From: Catajapyx aquilonaris
Lineage: Eukaryota
Direction of reading: 5' to 3'
Assembly (NCBI GenBank): GCA_000934665.2
Contig: JYFJ02002523.1
Span: 1-64,000 of the forward strand
DNA length: 64,000 nucleotides
The position numbers and the translations under genes are program-made. Below are positions 59,301-64,000 of this stretch, one piece after another. The number at the start of each line of letters is the position of its first letter. The first letter of the stretch is position 1. Under the pieces are notes generated by a model. That model did not search any database. It was not told the origin of the DNA and saw only the letters and a program-made list of their open reading frames with translations.

Positions 59301-62300
59301 CACGTTGTGGCACATCCTGGTCGCAGTATAATACGTCATAATTATTAAGACTGTCATGTACACTGGTGTGAAGACTTAAAACGTGTACAGAGGTTAATGA
59401 GTTGTGTCGTGTGGTTTCGTATACTATGCATTTATCACGCAATGTGGAATTTAAAAATGCCAATTGCTTCCTGAGCTTCAGATTATATGCTTGTAATATA
59501 CGTACGTGACGTCAATAGTACAGAAAAATGTGTATTTTAACAAATATGAATAAACTCAGGATTTTACTATACGTAAAAGTGAGTAACAAATAATTTTTTG
59601 CATGTTTTATCTACGTTTCATTGAATATTATATTGCATGCAACATTTAATGTAACATAACTTACGTATACAGTATGTTTCCATATGATGGGGTCTGCAAA
59701 ACCTCAGTTAACAGTGCGGTTTGTTAATAAATATACCTGTAGCTGTGTACAGTACATGAAAGCTGAAAGCGTAAAATAAACTAGGCCTAAGTTTTCCACT
59801 ACATTTTCAGCGGTTTGTTCAGCACTAAAATTATATTTGGAAACACAATACAGTAGCCTATACGCTTAGGTGGCCAAAACAATATTTTTTTAAAAATAAC
59901 TTGTCAATATTTTCATTCCTGAAATGTTGGGTGGACGTATTTGGAGGTTTTTCTGGTTGTGAACTTTTAGGATGTGCCCAGAAGTCCTTTACAACGACAT
60001 AATTATTCGCAGTTCATCTGCAATATGCTCTGGGTTCCCATGACTACGCGACATCTCCACAATATCCACCATTCATGTCATAATTATTGCCCCAACCTTT
60101 TTCTGGTCTCCAAAAGCAACATTGCCATCAATCCCCTCGGTAAATTTTGCTGTAAAAAATATCCTCACGCCAAGATTCAGTTATCAAGTTTTGTATACAA
60201 TCCTTCAGCCAAGTGGTCTTTCAAGTAAGCCACAGAAACGCACCCGCATAATATATCGCCCCTTCCTAGCCCCCAGCATTGTTAATCCAACCTGGGGTCC
60301 GGCTGTTATAGTATAGGCCTATAAGGGGAAGCCCAATTCACAAAGGAAGGCCCTGCTGTATGAAAGCCTAATGGGTCTTTTAAAAGCAGGCTTGCAAAAT
60401 TAATGTGGTTCGGTTACCACCGCTTCCTGTTTACCTGGGCTTCCTTGCGAGTAGACGCAAGGTAAAGCATGTAAGGCTTCACCAAGACAATGTCGTTGTC
60501 GAGGTCACAATGCGACAAGGATGGAAATTGCGAGCACTGCTCCCAGAGTTTACCCCCACGTAATTTATCAAGGCTTGGTCTCCCCCCTTTGCTCCGGAGG
60601 AAAATATGGTCGCAGCTTCCCCCATACCCACCAAAATGAAGAGACAGTATCCGGGTTCCTGAGATAAATTACCCACAGAGATACCATATCTGCTGACTCT
60701 GCACCGTCCTGCATTTCTCAAGTCGCGAACTATACGAGTATATCTCATAGGTTGTCAGATGATGGCGGCATATAATGTGATGCGTATCTTACGTCAATTT
60801 ACCATGCTTAGTTAGTAATAGTCGCAAGGCCTTTCAGGTACTATTGGAGAGTGACGTGATTGGCAGGGCAACTCCACCCTTTGCCCTCTGGCTCAACCTG
60901 CTGCAAGGTGAATTTCAATAGCTTCTGATATGATCGTGGATTCCAGTGCAACTGCAATTGCGGTACAAACGAGCGGCTATTAGCCACTTTTCATTTCTAT
61001 ATGGACTAACGATACCCCCTATGCAGGGCTATATTTTATGATCAGGGCTGTTCATGTTATCAGGTGAATTGCATCGACTTGACAAGAAGAGTGAAGTTAC
61101 ACAGCATTTCTGCTCTTGGGGACAGGTCCGTGGCGTGCAAGAAGCCCTTTATTCTCACCAAGAGACAGGTGGCATCGTGGCTAGCAAGGTAAAGCCCTTC
61201 AGTGCATCTACGTGGAATGCATACAAAACATTGTACTCGTTTCATACATGTCACTAGCATCAGACAAAACCACTCTACACACTCGACTCACCAGCTGCTG
61301 TTGGATCTTACATCTCATTTTTTTATACAGAAAGGTCCTGCTTCAGGCCATTTTTGGTTAAGTCAACACCCAACCTCTTCCCTAATTGCTCCGTAATTAC
61401 ATATGAAAATTGACTCACTTTTTATTCATTACTGAATTGTTCCTATACATTGCATAAAGTTTCAATATGGCTTCTCTTTGCGGAGAGATTCCCTATTTTT
61501 TGAAGTACTGTAATATTGTAATACAGACCATTCGAAATCCGGATAAAATTGATTCCGATGCGGCTACCAGATTCTCATTGCCATGACTATACAGCATGTG
61601 TGCACCCAGCGAGTGAAATTAATTCCGGACATTTCATCTCCGGGTAACGACAGCCTCCCAATGGCAAAACGTTTCAAAATGAAGATGGTCCCGTTAGAGA
61701 AGGATGCAGGGCGCTTATAAATGAGCCCCGTCCTGGAAAATCACTGCCCCTGAGCGACTAGCGCTCATGAGATGCCGTGATTTAGAGCTGTTTTTAAAAC
61801 TCCATCCCCCTCTCCCCTCTCCCCTTCCCCCCTTTCCAAAGTGCCAGCCTCCCAATTTACTTCCCACTCAAATGGTCTTCTCTCCCAAAAACTGTCCTCA
61901 CTGATGATGTCCCGCTGGCTGGAAGTGGAAGATAGCTCCATTTACCCTACCAGGAGATTAAGGGAAGGGTCATCGCTGTGGGGGTGACTCGTCACAAAAT
62001 CCGCTTTATTACCACACGTGTTTTCTCGCCGGAGAGAAGAAGATGCCCAAGCCAACAAGGTCTTCAGAATTATGGCATCGAGGTACACTCTTGGTCATAT
62101 AACATGTCCATATGAGGTATAAAAAAAATGAAATGCATATTCATGTTCTCTTGAAAGTTAGAAAATTCCAGCTTCAAAAATTAACACTGGTGTGAATAAT
62201 TGAAGAATTGTCCTAATTTATTTTCATGCAAATAAGGTTTGGATAAGGCAGGTGCATCAAGTATTCCTAACCTCATATAGGAAAATTATAGGTAACCGTA

Positions 62301-64000
62301 ATAATGAGAATGCACGTGTAGAAGGAAAGGTGGCTTGTTCACACATAGGGCGTGGTCATATAACAAGGTAATTAACTCTTCAGTTAGAAAATATCGGTTG
62401 TTAATAAATGAAATTCAAATATTGGAAGTGATTAAAAGGCTCGTCTTTGCAGACACCGGCTGCCGCATTGTTACTTCTGAATAGCAATTTGCTTCGTGAA
62501 AGGAAAAACAGCCTTGGGCTAGACTTGTTTACCACAAACATTCCGCCTCCCAATATTTTTTTAAAAAAGAGTATTGAAACGGTGCTTCACAATTTTTTAT
62601 TCCCTCCACCGCAAATTTTCCGCTTGAACTTTCAGAGATTATTTTTACGAGCTTATTGCAGCCGAATAAATCGGTAACGAACTTGTCGCATTTATCTCAA
62701 AAACGAGCATGTAATTACGACATCAGAGAGATGCACACGGTTTCCAAGCAGAACCCGGTTGCAAAACGTTTCCACCTAATCCTAGGTCCCAGTTTAATTC
62801 ATTTGCAGTTAACGCGAAGTAGATGACTATCTGGTCGAGTGGGGATCTAATTTGACGCGAAATACATGTACAAAGGATCACCCTGCAAATGATGCGTACA
62901 CTATGCCCTTTTTCCTCCCACCCAAATCTGTCTGGTTAGGTCCACCCAATTTTGTGGCAGAGGGATAAAAATTTCGTTTCAAGCCTCAGAAAGAAAGGCA
63001 AAGTCCTGGTTTATAAAGGCGTATATGCCATCAAAATTGAGCAGGATTTTTTCCCCCCCTCCCTAGAACAAGTCTGGCCAATCCATCCTCAACAGGGCTT
63101 TCCTTCTCAGCGTGCTTGGATTGGAATAGGGATGTTAACCAAATAAGCCAGACCTAAACACCAACTGGGGAAACGGGAAGGGCGGGGGAGAAAACTGTGA
63201 GCGATAAATTGGTTGTAGCTTCCTTATAAGGTAATTTATGAGGGCACATTTGGGTGGAGCAAAAATCCAGAAATATTCGTCAGTAACGGTGAACAGGTTA
63301 ATACTCTGTAATATCTTGGTGTGATAACCTGCACAGTGATTGGAGAAAGCAAAAACTTGTCGGTGGTAGGTGCAACAAAAACTATATGAATTGTGCTTCA
63401 AGGTGATGAGACGCCTTGTGGTGTTTCGTGATAAAAATGTGGCACATCAGGTAGAGGCAAAAACAGTGGGCTTACTTGATTTATGGGAGGAAGATTATGA
63501 CTCCTTGAGTCCATAAGGTAATCAGGCTCAATATTCGTCAGGTTTAATTTGGAGGAGAGCAACGGCTCCATGTGGTGAAACATTTGGCCTCCAGGGGAAT
63601 ATGCATATGGGATTGCGTTGGACGCAAAATAGGCCGATTTGTTGAACAGGTTAACACTCCCACATTCGAATTAGGGACTCTAATGTATTCTGTTACAGGC
63701 CACCAGCATGATGAAACATGTAATGACTTATCATGAATTTATAGAGACAACGGCTAGAAAATTTCACTTCCTTACAAAAGGTCATGAGGTGCATATTCAG
63801 TTGAAAATGAATCTAAAAGCTTCTGCATGCACAGTACTGTCGTATGCAGCTTACTTACAGATATTTCCTGCTTAAGCGTACAGTGGACAGTGATTTAATG
63901 ATTTTAATCTGGTTTAGCCCTAAACACATTGATCACCTGGAATAATCACATATGCTGCCCCCAACTGTACTTCATAAGCTCTTTTTAAATGCAACATTAG

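Noticed and set aside
55481..64000. Search for the multiplexin signal-peptide exon (donor-like sites near 59201, 60433 and 61156)
   Set aside because: None is preceded by an ATG-led hydrophobic reading frame; the first exon probably lies beyond the window
1..64000. CRISPR arrays, rRNA, transposase or reverse-transcriptase ORFs, prokaryotic operons
   Set aside because: No regularly spaced repeats or diagnostic motifs seen; the architecture is spliced and eukaryotic

Overview
Eukaryotic (arthropod-like, non-bacterial) genomic DNA with two convergent spliced genes. (1) Plus strand, 6302-10965: a charlatan-like C2H2 zinc-finger gene with two coding exons (6302-7878 and 9810-10965, 910 aa if spliced) and candidate truncating splice options in its intron. 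(2) Minus strand, 14122 to beyond 55480: a multiplexin (collagen XV/XVIII) gene. I traced 23 coding exons by hand with GT/AG ends and continuous frame, running TSPN/LamG domain, Ser-Gly/acidic region, interrupted Gly-X-Y, trimerization domain and endostatin. Its signal-peptide exon was not found and probably lies outside the window. The most notable structure is an internal alternative first exon at 46485-46667. It encodes a hydrophobic leader, splices in frame past most of the TSPN domain, and predicts a 1058-aa short isoform that may be membrane-anchored. Also present: 15-, 33- and 42-nt micro-exons, a furin-type C-terminal tail, a hAT-type MITE relic, microsatellites, hairpins and motif clusters in the large introns. 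The first ~4.5 kb looks like low-quality, G/C-run-rich sequence. No CRISPR, rRNA, credible tRNA or transposase ORF was seen. I found no convincing wholly new system; the best leads are isoform-level.
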